From: a bacterium
GTDB taxonomy: Bacteria; UBA8248
Direction: 5' to 3'
Length of the DNA stretch: 64,000 nucleotides
Assembly: GCA_965202625.1 (NCBI GenBank)
Contig: CBDBBI010000010.1
Coordinates: 1,664,001-1,728,000 of the forward strand
The notes under the pieces are model-generated. The model saw only the letters and a program-made list of their open reading frames with translations. It was not told the DNA's origin and did no database searches. This document shows, piece after piece, positions 1 to 10,645 of the stretch (position 1 is its first letter; the number at the start of each line of letters is the position of its first letter). The translations under genes and the position numbers were made by a program.

Positions 1-551
1 TCGCGGCCCACCAAGCGATTGACGTAGTGCGCGAGGCGACCCCCCGGGAGGGAATACTCTCTTTCGACGTCGGGGCGCACACGCATCAGATCTCCAGTCA
101 GTGGAACGTGCATGAGCCGCGCACCTTCTTGATCACGAACGGGTGGTCCTCAATGGGCTTTGGACTGCCGGGCGCCATCGCGGCGAAGCTCGCACATCCT
201 GACAAACCCGTCGTCGCCCTCATCGGGGACGGCTGTTTTCAGATGACGTGCGGCGAGGTGGCCACCGCCAAGAGAATGGGACTCGCCATCCCCATCGTCG
301 TCCTGGACGACCGCTGGCTCTCGCTCATCCAGGTCAAGCAGGACAGACGGGCCTACGGCCGCTATGGAACCGAGCTCCAGGCCGAGGAATACCAGGCACC
401 CCCTGCCCATTATTTCGGCGTCCCCGCAGTGGGCGCGCGAACGCCTGAGGAGTTGAGAAGCGCGCTCGTCCGTGCCTTCGACTCAGGGGGCCCCACCGTC
501 ATCGAGGCGGTGGTGGATTCGGCACACTACGACGAGACGGTGTTCGATTAG
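1..551 (+). CDS. Thiamine-pyrophosphate-dependent enzyme (acetolactate synthase-like), C-terminal part; 5' end outside window
   Basis: Frame open from position 3; SSMGFGLPGAIAAKLAHP and GDGCFQM TPP-binding motifs. Confidence 0.85.
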   Translation, partial: AAHQAIDVVREATPREGILSFDVGAHTHQISSQWNVHEPRTFLITNGWSSMGFGLPGAIAAKLAHPDKPVVALIGDGCFQMTCGEVATAKRMGLAIPIVVLDDRWLSLIQVKQDRRAYGRYGTELQAEEYQAPPAHYFGVPAVGARTPEELRSALVRAFDSGGPTVIEAVVDSAHYDETVFD

Positions 552-974
552 AAAATTTCGCGCGAACCGGGCGGCTTGCGGACCGGAAGGGATGAGAAAT
601 ATCTTTCTCTCATGGTAGGCGTGGCGATTTTGCCGATCGCGAAGAAGGATGTTTTGACGACAAATTGCGCCATGCGCGCTCCCTGAAGGTTGGCGTCCAA
701 GAGGATGCGCCCGCTCAGGTTCGTTCAGACGAGGTCTTCCCCCTCAAGAGCGAGGGGTTCACCCCTTTGGTCGGCCTCCTCGAAAAACTTCCAAGTCCAG
801 ATTGACAAGCATTGGACGGGAAGCCTAAAAATAAAATCGTACGCAGAAATTTTGGATATAAGGGAGATATTCTCTTCCTAGCCATCGCCGCTCGGGAAGA
901 ACCCGGAAACCGCCACAACCTACCTGGCGAAAATAAAAAATGCGTTTCGCCGATACAATCGACAGGAGAATTTC

Positions 975-2756
975 ATGAAGCCTCAGAAAGTGGGCGTGGT
1001 CGGCTTAGGAACGATGGGGTCGAACATCGCCATCGTATGCGCCCGAGGCGGCAAGGAGACGTTCGTCTTCGAGGCTGACGAAGCGGCGCTGGCGTCCGGT
1101 ATGGGCCGCATCAGATCATTCCTTGACGCAGGGGTGCAGAAGGGAAAAACCTCCATGGATGAGAGAGACGCGATCCTCCGTCGGATTCAGGCGGCGGGTG
1201 CGCTCTCCGGAATGGCCGGCTGTGATTTGGTGATCGAGGCCATCACAGAAGACCAGGCAGAGAAGAACAGGCTGTTTCGGCGCCTGGACGCCATTCTGGA
1301 TGAGGACGCCATCATCGCATCCAACACGAGCACGCTCTCCATCACGAACATGGGCGCGGCGTCCGGCAGACCGGCCAAGACCATCGGCACGCATTTCTGC
1401 CTTCCCGCCGCGCTCAACAAACTCGTGGAAGTCGCCCCCGGTCTCTTGACGAGCGATGAAACCACAAGCGCGACGATGGCCTTTCTGGAAGAAGTCGGCC
1501 AGACACCCGTCAAGGTCAAGGATTGGCCCGGCTTCGTACTCAACTATTTTCTGGTGGCGTTTCAAAACGATTGCATCCGCCTGGTCGAATCGGGCTACGC
1601 CACTCCGGCGGACCTGGACGCGGGCGTCCGACTCGGTCTGGGCTACAAGATGGGGCCGATGCGCCTGCTCGACATCGAGGGACTCGATATCCACCGAACG
1701 GTTTCTCTCTCACTGTATGAGCAGATCAAAGATCCCAGATACGTTCCTCCGCCCCTGGTGGATCGTATGATCGACGCCGGTCACCTGGGCGCCAAAACGG
1801 GCAAGGGATTTTACGCGTATAAATCTGCGGGCGTTTTCGGCGTGGTCGAGATGGAAGAGGACGCGGGCCGTGAGCGCGACGTCTCCGAAGGTCAACCCCT
1901 CGCAGATGCGGTAAAAAAAGTCGGCGTAGTCGGAGTCGGTGCGATGGGATCAGGCATCGCGCAGGTCTGCGCGGCCTCCGGCCTGGAAGTCGTCGCCGTC
2001 GAGGTGAACCCGAACGCGCTCGAAGCCGGGCTGAACCGAATACAGGGAAACCTTGAGGGCGCGGTGAAGCGCGGCAAAATGGATGAGAATCAAAAACAGG
2101 AGACGCTCGCTCGCCTCAGCGGATCGACCGACCTGGACACGCTTGCGGAGTGCGACCTCATCATCGAAGTGATCGTGGAGAACCTCGACGCCAAGCTCGC
2201 CCTGTTCGAGAAACTCGGGAAAATCGCCAAGGAGGGGGCCATCATCGCGTCCAATACCTCCTGTCTGTCCGTGACCTCCATGGCCGCCAGAACTCCGCAC
2301 CCGGAAAGGGTGCTCGGTCTCCACTTCTTCAACCCTCCCTACGCCATGCGGCTCGTCGAGGTGGTCGAGGCCGTTCAGACGGCCCCGGAGATCACGCAGT
2401 TCGGCCTCGCGTTTTGCGAGCGAATCGGCAAGACTCCGATTCCCGTCAAGGACCGGCCCGGCTTTTTGGTGAACCGTCTGCTCGTGCCCTATCTGAACCA
2501 CGCCGCCCAGGCATTCGACGACGGCCTGGCGGAGAGCGAAAGCATGGACAAGGCCATCAGCATGGGTCTCGGCCACCCGATGGGGCCGCTGACGCTCATC
2601 GACCTGGTGGGCGTGGACGTCCAGACCTTCGTCGCCAACTCTATGGGCGAGGAACTGGGCGAGGCCAGGTTTTACGCTCCGCCCATCCTGCGTCGAATGA
2701 CCGCGGCGGGATGGCTGGGAAGAAAAACGGGCAAGGGCTTCTATCCCTACGCCTAA
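975..2756 (+). CDS. 3-hydroxyacyl-CoA dehydrogenase family protein with two complete tandem domains
   Basis: Two GxGxMG Rossmann motifs, two ASNTS motifs, HF(C/F)xP, two PGF(V/L) and two LGxKTGKGFY ends; RBS AGGAGA upstream. Confidence 0.9.
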   Translation: MKPQKVGVVGLGTMGSNIAIVCARGGKETFVFEADEAALASGMGRIRSFLDAGVQKGKTSMDERDAILRRIQAAGALSGMAGCDLVIEAITEDQAEKNRLFRRLDAILDEDAIIASNTSTLSITNMGAASGRPAKTIGTHFCLPAALNKLVEVAPGLLTSDETTSATMAFLEEVGQTPVKVKDWPGFVLNYFLVAFQNDCIRLVESGYATPADLDAGVRLGLGYKMGPMRLLDIEGLDIHRTVSLSLYEQIKDPRYVPPPLVDRMIDAGHLGAKTGKGFYAYKSAGVFGVVEMEEDAGRERDVSEGQPLADAVKKVGVVGVGAMGSGIAQVCAASGLEVVAVEVNPNALEAGLNRIQGNLEGAVKRGKMDENQKQETLARLSGSTDLDTLAECDLIIEVIVENLDAKLALFEKLGKIAKEGAIIASNTSCLSVTSMAARTPHPERVLGLHFFNPPYAMRLVEVVEAVQTAPEITQFGLAFCERIGKTPIPVKDRPGFLVNRLLVPYLNHAAQAFDDGLAESESMDKAISMGLGHPMGPLTLIDLVGVDVQTFVANSMGEELGEARFYAPPILRRMTAAGWLGRKTGKGFYPYA

Positions 2757-2860
2757 ACCCCGCGCGCCGGATTCATGATGCGCGCCATGCCCCTATCCCA
2801 ATGCGCTCCCTACCCCGAATGGCCGGCGGGTGCGCAACGCGCGGGAGAACGACGTTGAGC

Positions 2861-3820
2861 ATGGCGTTTCCAAGACCCATCGTCGTGGCGAGCCAGTGTC
2901 TGGAGTTGGACGCCTGCCGCTACGACGGGCGGAGGGTCCCGCTCCCCTTCATTGAGCGTCTAAAACCTTTCGTCCGACTCATACCGGTTTGTCCTGAAGT
3001 GGAAATTGGGCTGGGTACGCCTCGGGAGCCGATAAGAATCCATTTCGACGGACGGCGCAAAACCCTCTACCAGCCCCGGACGAGGAGACGCCTCACGCGC
3101 GCGATGAACGCCTTCTCCGAGCGCTTTTTGGGAGAGCTGAAAGAGGTCGACGGGTTCATCCTCAAGAGCAAATCCCCCTCTTGCGCGCTCACGGACGCGA
3201 ATATCTTTTCCGTCCCCGCATCGGACACTCAAGTCGTTATGGGTGCGGGCCTGTTCGCGGACAGGGTGCTCGAGAAATTCTGCGACCGTGCGATGGTGGA
3301 CGAGGCGCGGCTGAACGAGCCGGTGAGTCGCGCGCATTTCCTCACGAAGATTTTCACGCTCGCCGGCTTTCGCCAGGTCAAAAGAGAAGGGGGCGACGCC
3401 TGCCTCATGCGCTTCCACGCGCGAAACAAGCTCCTGTTCATGGCTTACGATCAGGCGGTCATGCGCGCCATGGGACGGACGGCGGCGAACCGGGAGCGGT
3501 ACGCGTTCGGCGCGGTGCTCTCCTCCTATGAAGACGCGCTCTCACGACTCCTCTCGCACCCGCCCACCCGCGCCTCGAACGTGAACGCCATCACGCACGC
3601 CATGGGACACGTTTCCAAAAAAATCGCTTCAGGAGAGAAGGAGCGCTTTCTGGAAACGCTGACGGAATACCGCGCGGGGAAAACCGCGCTGGACGCCGCG
3701 TTCGACGCCCTGCAGGACTGGACGACGCGCTTCGGCTCGCCTTATCTCAAGGGGCAAACCCTCTTCATGCCTTATCCGCGCGCCCTGTGCGATGCCGCGG
3801 AGCCGGGCGATACGCCGTAA
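2861..3820 (+). CDS. DUF523 (2-thiouracil desulfurase-like) + DUF1722 (YbgA) fusion protein
   Basis: SQCL...CRYDG, PVCPEVEIGLGTPREPIR, LKSKSPSC; C-terminal FHARNKLLFMA and YLKGQT; start re-set to ATG 2861. Confidence 0.85.
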   Translation: MAFPRPIVVASQCLELDACRYDGRRVPLPFIERLKPFVRLIPVCPEVEIGLGTPREPIRIHFDGRRKTLYQPRTRRRLTRAMNAFSERFLGELKEVDGFILKSKSPSCALTDANIFSVPASDTQVVMGAGLFADRVLEKFCDRAMVDEARLNEPVSRAHFLTKIFTLAGFRQVKREGGDACLMRFHARNKLLFMAYDQAVMRAMGRTAANRERYAFGAVLSSYEDALSRLLSHPPTRASNVNAITHAMGHVSKKIASGEKERFLETLTEYRAGKTALDAAFDALQDWTTRFGSPYLKGQTLFMPYPRALCDAAEPGDTP

Positions 3821-4113
3821 CGGGGCGAAGGCGCGAACGCGCCCACGCGGAACCATCGACCACATTTCAGGAGCGGGTGCTTACAGAAAAGGCGCGCTTC
3901 CGCCCTGTTCCGAAGACAACCTTGCCGCCCGCACCACGAATTGGTTATCTTACCCTTCATGCGAACGGGTGCGCAATTTTCCGAAACAGCGATCATGACG
4001 CTGGTCGGCTTTAAGGCGGCGGCGCGGCACAATGGGGGGCTACGCGACGATGCGGCCGCCCTGTCGCTGGAGAAAACCAAAATCGAAACCGCGGACGCCA
4101 AGGGAGTCGAGAT

Positions 4114-7100
4114 TTGCCAGAAGTCAACGACATGATCGATACGGCGACCGAGCAGGAAGAGACGAGGGACGTGTCCCTGATTTCAGAAACGCGCGGGCGA
4201 GTCAACTTCGCCTCCGCACAGAACGACGTTCGGATCATACGCCGACTCGCAATCCGCAACTCGACCAAGGAGACACTCACCGGCGCGCGCGTCACGCTCC
4301 GCGCCACACCACCCATCATCCGTGAGAAAACCTGGCATCTCGATCGCATCCAACCAGGAGAGGAGAGAGAGGTTCACGACACCTCTACCCCGCTCGACAT
4401 TGAACGCTTGGCGGGTCTTGACGAAGCGGAAATCGGAGAGCTCCATTTCCGCGTCGAGGCTGATGGGATTGAAACCATCGTCGAGACAATCCGTATCGAG
4501 CTGCTTGCGCGCGACGAATGGGGCGGCGTGGGCGAAATGGATCAAATTCTCGCGGCCTTCGTCTCTCCGAACGACCCAGCGGTTGCACGCGTCTTGCAAG
4601 AGGCCGCGCGTCTGCTGGAAGCCGAGGGGCACCACGGCGCAATGGAAGGCTACCAGTCGGGGGATCCGCGCCGTGTATACATGATCGCAAGCGCAATCTG
4701 GTCGGCGGCCACCGGACTGGGGCTGATTTATAGCGTGCCGCCCGCCTCGTTCGAACAAAAGGGGCAAAAGGTTCGGAGCCCCGCGCGCATCACAGGAGAG
4801 CGTCTCGCCACCTGTCTCGACCTCGCGCTCTTTCTCGCCGCCGCCTTCGAAGCCGCCGGCCTCCGCCCCGCCGTTCTTTTCTCCCAAGGCCACGCATGGG
4901 TGGGGGTTTGGATCCTCAAGAAGGATTTCGGCCAGGCAACGGAGCCCGACCCCGTCCAAATACGCAATGCTGTATCGGCGCGCGAGTTCTTTCCCATGGA
5001 AACGACGCTGCTGACCGAACGCCCCCCGGTCGGTTTCAAACACGCCGTCGATGAGGGCAGTCGCCGGCTGTCGGAGGCGCGCGAGCACGAGTTCATCATG
5101 GCTGTGGACATCGCGCGGTGCCGCGCCGCAGGAATTCGCCCACTTGCGAACCACAACGCACCGGAGGAGGCAAACGCCGCGCCGGCGGATGAGGTTGTGG
5201 CCGCGGCGTTGCCGCAGACGCCGGATTCCGGCCAGCTCCCGGCGGAGGAGCGCGAGGAGACGCCCGCAACGCCTGAGGGCCGCATCGACCGCTGGCAGCG
5301 GAAGCTCCTCGACTTGTCGCTGCGCAACCGCCTCTTGAACTATCGCGACACCAAGCAGACGCTGCCATTTCGCTGTCCGGACGTAGCGCATCTCGAAGAT
5401 GCGCTTTTTGCCGGAAGAAAGTTTCGCGGACTATCCCTGGTGGACGAAAATCTGTTCGGCGAACGGACAGTCTCGCCCGAGAAGAAACAACGGATAGAGG
5501 AGCAGTTCGCTCGCGACGCCTTCGAGCACAATCAGGTTGTGGTGCCGCTCACCCGCGAGGAAATGAACAGACGCTTTCTGACGCTATACCGCCGCGCCAG
5601 GAGCGACTTGGCGGAGGGCGGCACGAACACGCTCTTTCTCGCCGCGGGCTTCCTGCGCTGGAAGATTGAAGGGGACACGCGCATCTACCGCGCCCCGCTT
5701 CTTCTCATTCCGGTCAAGCTGGAGCGCCAGGCGGTGCAAGCGAATTTCCGAATCGCGCAGCACGAGGACGACGTGCGGATGAACTCCACCCTGCTTGAGC
5801 GCCTGAAGCAAGACTTCGCTCTTCGAATACCTGAACTCGAGGGTGAACTGCCACGCGACGACAGCGGCATCGACGTGCAGCGTATCTTCGAGACCATGCG
5901 TCAGAAGGTGCGCGACGTCGCAGGTTTCGAGATCGTCGAGGAGCTTGCGCTCTCGACCTTTTCCTTTGCCAAATATCTGATGTGGAAAGACCTCGTCGAC
6001 CGGACCAACCAGATGAGGGAAAACCGGCTGGTACGGCATCTGATCGATGGGACTGAAGAGGCATACGAGAGGGGGTACGAGAACGTTCTGACGGCGCCGC
6101 AGGAGATAGACCACCACTTCGCACCGCGGGATCTCTTGACGCCACTGCCTGCGGACAGCTCGCAACTCGCCGCGGTGATCGCGGCTTCCGAAGGCCGCGA
6201 TTTCGTCCTTATCGGCCCACCGGGAACCGGCAAGAGCCAGACCATCGCCAACATCATCGCGCAGTCTCTCGGCAAGGGAAAAACCGTGCTGTTCGTCGCT
6301 GAAAAGGCGGCGGCGCTTGACGTAGTGCATCGTCGCCTCGTGGCGAATGGACTCGGAGACGCCGTGCTTGAGCTCCACTCGAACAAGGCGGAGCGAAGGT
6401 CCGTCATTGCGCAACTTGGCAAAGGTTGGGATCGCACAGTTGACGCCACGGAGGAGCAATGGATCGAGGTCACCGACCAACTAAAGCTCTCCCGGGATCA
6501 GCTAAACGCCTATGTCGAGGCGCTGCACGCCAAAGGTGCGCAGGGTTTCAGCGTTTTCGACGCCGTGGGCCGCGTCGTTGGAGGCGAGGCGCCTTTCCAA
6601 ATCTCCTACGCCGCGGAAGATGCGCACGACAAGGAGAGCTACGACCGCCTTGTGATTCTTGCCGCCGAACTGGGCCGGATATATGGCGCGGCGCACAAGG
6701 GATCTCCCCTGTCGCTGATCCGCATGGAGGAGTGGTCCAACGCGGGGCAGCAGCAGATTCTGGAGGCGGCCGATGCGTTCCGCGCGTCGCTGACAGATTT
6801 GCAGCGCGCGGAGAGCAGCCTCGCCCGTGAACTCGGTCTTCGCACCGACCCTTCTCTCGGGGCAGGACGCCGCACACGTCTCAAAGCACTCGCGCCTCGC
6901 ATGGAGCAGGGCGCACTCGATCTCTCACGCGTCCCGAACGTGTCGCCAGAGCATATTACCGCTTTGGCGAAAAATTTTGCGGAGAACGTGCAGGCACTCA
7001 ACGCCGCAAAGTCAGAGACGGCGGCTTCCTATGCGCTCGCCGTGGTGCGCCGCATGCCGCTGTTGCATCTCGACGTCGATTGGTGCGAGGCGCAGACGAA

Positions 7101-9378
7101 GTTTTGGCCAATCTCTTCTTTCGCAAAGAGAAAGGTGCGGAAGCGCCTGCAGACTTATGCAGACAATGGGACAGCCGATCCCTTCCAAGATCTGAAGGCG
7201 CTCTTCAAGATGCGCGAGCGGGACGCCGCGATACGCGAGAGCCCCATGGCTCCGGTTGCCAAGACCAACCGCGGAATAGACGCCGACAGATCGACGAAGG
7301 CCGCGCACCAAGCAATCGCCTTTCGAAAAGCTATGGACAACCTGCGTTCTGACGTCGAGGATCCGATCCGTTTTGATTCAGCCGCGGCTGAGCTTGGCTC
7401 CGCTCCCGGACAGGCAATTCAAGACGCACTCAAAGTATATCTGGAGGCGGAGGAGAACGCCAAGGAGAAAGAGCGCGCCTTCACGTCAGAATATGGAATA
7501 GTTCCCGTCGAGGAGAGTGTCGACTGTATCGTTCGGGGTTTGGAGACAGTCGCGGCCGAGCGCGCGCGTCTCCCCGATTGGGCGGCGTGGGTGCGCAAGA
7601 GAAAAGCTGCATTGCAAACAGGGCTCCGTCCGCTTGTTGAGGCGCTTGAGGCCGGGCGAATCGCAGAAGCGGCGCAAGAGGCGCTCCAGTCATCAGACGC
7701 GCGCCAAGCCGTAGTGCGGGAGCAGATCAAAAAGGCGGCGCAAGAAGCTTTCGAGCGGGCCTACGCAGCCTGGTGGCTACCCCTTGCGATGGACGCCCGC
7801 GACGAGTTGCAGGGTTTTACCCATTGGAATCACGAGGACGTCATAAAAACTTTCCGAAAACTTGACGACGAGGCGGCCAAACGTGCGTCAACCGAGGTGA
7901 TGCGCCGCATCGCTCATGGGCTGCCGGCCATGGACGGCGTGCGAAGGAAGAGCGAACTCGGGACACTGCGCCACCAGCGGGGTCTTCAGCGCCCCTCTAT
8001 GTCAATTCGCAAACTCCTGGGAAATCTTCCAGAAACTTTCAGGAAGCTTGCGCCCTGCGTCCTCATGTCGCCGCTCTCCGTGGCGCAGTATCTGCCAGCG
8101 GGGCAGGCCGCCTTCGACGTCGTGATCTTTGATGAAGCCTCGCAGATCACCACATGGGATGCGATCGGCGCGATTGCGCGGGGCAAACAGACGATCATCG
8201 TGGGCGACCCGAAGCAGCTACCGCCAACGAACTTCTTTGGCCGCGCGGATAACATTGACGAGGATCAGCCGGAATATGAGCGCGACCTGGGCTCGATCCT
8301 TGAAGAGGTAGAGGCGGCGGGCATTCGAACCTATCGTCTCGACTGGCATTACCGGAGTCGGGACGAAGCGCTGATAACCTTCTCCAACCATTTCTACTAT
8401 GGCGATCGACTCGTCACTTTTCCGGCGGCCGCTACCGGCTCCGAGGCTCTCAAGTTCCACAAGGTGGACGGCACCTACGCGCGCGGGCGCGGTCGAGTGA
8501 ATGAAGAAGAAGCCCAAGCCATCGCCGATATGGTAAAGCGGCGCCTGACCGCTTCGCTCTCGCTGCCGGAAGATGCGCGCCATACATTGGGCGTCATTAC
8601 CCTCAACAGCGAGCAGCAGTCTCGGATCCTCGACAAAATCGACGATCTCCGCCGGGCAGATGAGCGCCTGGAATGGTTTTTCGCCGACGAGCGCGAGGAG
8701 CCGGTGATCGTGAAGAACCTCGAGAATATTCAGGGAGACGAACGCGACGTGATGCTGTTCTCGGTGACGTTCGGGCCCGACAGCGAAGGCAGACTCACCA
8801 TGAATTTCGGCGCGCTCAACAACCCAGGCGGAGAGAGGCGCCTCAACGTTGCGGTGACGCGCGCACGCCGAGAACTTCACGTCTTCTCCTCCATTCGGGC
8901 CGAACAGATCGATCTCGGACGCACGCAAGCGGTCGGCGTGCGCCATCTGAAGACGTTTCTGGACTACGCCGATCGCGGATCCATCGCGCTACCTGCGCGC
9001 GACAAGGGCGAGCTCGGCCCCCCTGAAAGCGCGTTCGAGCAAGCGGTAGCGGATGCTTTTCGCGCCGAAGGCTGGGAGGTGCGCACACAGATCGGCGTAT
9101 CCAGATTCCGCGTAGACCTGGGTGTCAGGCACCCCGATAAGGCTGGTCGTTATCTTGCAGGGCTCGAATGCGACGGCGCGCGATACCATTCCTCAGCCAC
9201 TGCGCGCGACCGCGACAAAATCCGTCAAGCGGTGCTTGAGGGGCTTGGTTGGACGATCCTTCGAATTTGGTCGACCGACTGGTTTCGGAACCAGGCCGCT
9301 GTCACGAACAGGATTCACGATGAACTTGAGCGACTTCTCGCAGAAGACCGCGCGACCCGAGCGGCGGAAGAGGAATAG
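4114..9378 (+). CDS. hhe: DUF4011 - SF1 helicase - Vsr-like nuclease (Hhe-like anti-phage protein)
   Basis: RWQRKLLDLSLRNRLLN (DUF4011), Walker A GPPGTGKSQT, FDEASQI, GDPKQLPP, QGDERD, RLNVAVTRAR, C-terminal RVDLGV...ECDGARYH...RDRDK...GW..LRIWS; alternative start ATG 4132. Confidence 0.85.
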   Translation: MPEVNDMIDTATEQEETRDVSLISETRGRVNFASAQNDVRIIRRLAIRNSTKETLTGARVTLRATPPIIREKTWHLDRIQPGEEREVHDTSTPLDIERLAGLDEAEIGELHFRVEADGIETIVETIRIELLARDEWGGVGEMDQILAAFVSPNDPAVARVLQEAARLLEAEGHHGAMEGYQSGDPRRVYMIASAIWSAATGLGLIYSVPPASFEQKGQKVRSPARITGERLATCLDLALFLAAAFEAAGLRPAVLFSQGHAWVGVWILKKDFGQATEPDPVQIRNAVSAREFFPMETTLLTERPPVGFKHAVDEGSRRLSEAREHEFIMAVDIARCRAAGIRPLANHNAPEEANAAPADEVVAAALPQTPDSGQLPAEEREETPATPEGRIDRWQRKLLDLSLRNRLLNYRDTKQTLPFRCPDVAHLEDALFAGRKFRGLSLVDENLFGERTVSPEKKQRIEEQFARDAFEHNQVVVPLTREEMNRRFLTLYRRARSDLAEGGTNTLFLAAGFLRWKIEGDTRIYRAPLLLIPVKLERQAVQANFRIAQHEDDVRMNSTLLERLKQDFALRIPELEGELPRDDSGIDVQRIFETMRQKVRDVAGFEIVEELALSTFSFAKYLMWKDLVDRTNQMRENRLVRHLIDGTEEAYERGYENVLTAPQEIDHHFAPRDLLTPLPADSSQLAAVIAASEGRDFVLIGPPGTGKSQTIANIIAQSLGKGKTVLFVAEKAAALDVVHRRLVANGLGDAVLELHSNKAERRSVIAQLGKGWDRTVDATEEQWIEVTDQLKLSRDQLNAYVEALHAKGAQGFSVFDAVGRVVGGEAPFQISYAAEDAHDKESYDRLVILAAELGRIYGAAHKGSPLSLIRMEEWSNAGQQQILEAADAFRASLTDLQRAESSLARELGLRTDPSLGAGRRTRLKALAPRMEQGALDLSRVPNVSPEHITALAKNFAENVQALNAAKSETAASYALAVVRRMPLLHLDVDWCEAQTKFWPISSFAKRKVRKRLQTYADNGTADPFQDLKALFKMRERDAAIRESPMAPVAKTNRGIDADRSTKAAHQAIAFRKAMDNLRSDVEDPIRFDSAAAELGSAPGQAIQDALKVYLEAEENAKEKERAFTSEYGIVPVEESVDCIVRGLETVAAERARLPDWAAWVRKRKAALQTGLRPLVEALEAGRIAEAAQEALQSSDARQAVVREQIKKAAQEAFERAYAAWWLPLAMDARDELQGFTHWNHEDVIKTFRKLDDEAAKRASTEVMRRIAHGLPAMDGVRRKSELGTLRHQRGLQRPSMSIRKLLGNLPETFRKLAPCVLMSPLSVAQYLPAGQAAFDVVIFDEASQITTWDAIGAIARGKQTIIVGDPKQLPPTNFFGRADNIDEDQPEYERDLGSILEEVEAAGIRTYRLDWHYRSRDEALITFSNHFYYGDRLVTFPAAATGSEALKFHKVDGTYARGRGRVNEEEAQAIADMVKRRLTASLSLPEDARHTLGVITLNSEQQSRILDKIDDLRRADERLEWFFADEREEPVIVKNLENIQGDERDVMLFSVTFGPDSEGRLTMNFGALNNPGGERRLNVAVTRARRELHVFSSIRAEQIDLGRTQAVGVRHLKTFLDYADRGSIALPARDKGELGPPESAFEQAVADAFRAEGWEVRTQIGVSRFRVDLGVRHPDKAGRYLAGLECDGARYHSSATARDRDKIRQAVLEGLGWTILRIWSTDWFRNQAAVTNRIHDELERLLAEDRATRAAEEE

Positions 9379-9473
9379 AGCGAAGATCAAAAATTATGCC
9401 GGAAACCCCACATTCGAAAATCGAAAAGACCGCACCAAACGGGTATTGAAAATGACCTCTTAGAACCTCGCCC

Positions 9474-10379
9474 CTATTCCTGTTTCCCCCCAATCCGTGA
9501 GGGCAGGCCCGCCATCTCGCGCAGAACCTCGTAGAAAGCGACGGTGTCCTCCTCGCCGTAGCCGCGTTCATACGCCATCTGCGCGACCTGGGACCAAAGA
9601 TTCGTCAACAGCATGGGCGAGCCGTGGAGTTGGCCCTGCTCTATCATCAGGCGCGAGTCCTTGAGCGACGTCTTTACCTGGCCCTGCTTCGAGTAATCCG
9701 CGCGAATCATTTTCGGGCCCTTGTCGATCATCGTCTTGGAGGCGCACGCCCCGTCCTGAAGCACCTCAAGCAGGGCGTCCATGTCGAGACCCACCTTCTC
9801 GCCGAGCAGCAGACCCTCGGCGAGGGCGAGTCGGTTGCCCGCCAGAATCATGTTGATGACCAGCTTCGTCCGCGCGCCCGAGCCGGCGGGGCCCATATGG
9901 TAGGCCGCGCGGCTGAAGCCACCCAGCACAGCGCGGCAGGCGTCGAAATCCTCCGCCTCCCCTCCGGCGATCACCACCAGATCCTTCTCCATCGCCATCG
10001 TGCTCGTCCCGCTCACAGCGGCGTCGAGAAAGCGGATTCCGCGTTCCGCCAAATCCTCCGAGAGGCGCATCGAATCCTCGGGGCGGGAGGTCGTCGTATC
10101 AAGAACGTACGCTCCCTCGCGCGCGCCCTCGGCGACGCCGTCCGGGCCGAAAACCGCCTTGCGCACTACGTCGCTGTTGGGCAGGGAGGTCACCACGAAT
10201 TCCACGCCATGGGCCGCGTCGGCGGGCGTCTCCACCTGCGCGCCTCCCTTCTCGCTTAACTCGTCCATGCGCGCAGGGTCCACGTCAAAACCCTGTACCT
10301 CAAAACCCGTCTCGCGCATGTTCTTGACGAACGCCTGACCCATCAGCCCCATGCCCACGATGCCCACACGTTGAGACAC
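9474..10379 (-). CDS. NAD(P)-dependent oxidoreductase, 3-hydroxyisobutyrate dehydrogenase family
   Basis: GIVGMGLMG, FLDAAVSG, GSGARTKLVIN. Confidence 0.88.
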   Translation of the reverse strand: MSQRVGIVGMGLMGQAFVKNMRETGFEVQGFDVDPARMDELSEKGGAQVETPADAAHGVEFVVTSLPNSDVVRKAVFGPDGVAEGAREGAYVLDTTTSRPEDSMRLSEDLAERGIRFLDAAVSGTSTMAMEKDLVVIAGGEAEDFDACRAVLGGFSRAAYHMGPAGSGARTKLVINMILAGNRLALAEGLLLGEKVGLDMDALLEVLQDGACASKTMIDKGPKMIRADYSKQGQVKTSLKDSRLMIEQGQLHGSPMLLTNLWSQVAQMAYERGYGEEDTVAFYEVLREMAGLPSRIGGKQE

Positions 10380-10548
10380 GCTCTCTCCTCCTCATGGTGA
10401 AACTTCACTTTGTTTCACGATCGTTTTAGTTTTATGGCGTTCCCACGTCGATAACAAGATCCCTTGCGCGCGGGCACTCGTTCCAAGGGGCGTCCAAAAA
10501 CCCCAAGGCGGGCTTTCAGAATGGCCCACGCCGTTGTATCCTCCTATT

Positions 10549-10645
10549 GGGAGCGCATCGGTGCTGGTGTGCCGCCTGGACTTCAAATCCAGTGGACGGG
10601 GCTAACCACTTCGTCGGTGGGTTCGACTCCCACGCGTTCCCGCCA
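10549..10645 (+). tRNA. selC: tRNA-Sec (anticodon UCA)
   Basis: 8-bp acceptor stem GGGAGCGC/GCGTTCCC, discriminator G + CCA, 6-bp D stem with 4-nt loop (CGGTGC-TGGT-GTGCCG), anticodon arm CTGGA-CTTCAAA-TCCAG, long variable arm GACGGGG/CTTCGTC, T arm GTGGG-TTCGACT-CCCAC: bacterial 8/5 fold. Confidence 0.97.

Noticed and set aside
2150-2860. Long N-terminal extensions in the ORF track (also from 30051, 39461, 46512, 53316, 54455, 58069, 59074)
   Set aside because: Mostly overlaps of real genes in another frame or low-complexity translation; internal starts with RBS, stop-start coupling or family-typical N-termini were chosen.
10620-10645. Genomic island integrated at selC with duplicated 3' end
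   Set aside because: I saw no second copy of the tRNA 3' end and no integrase in the window.
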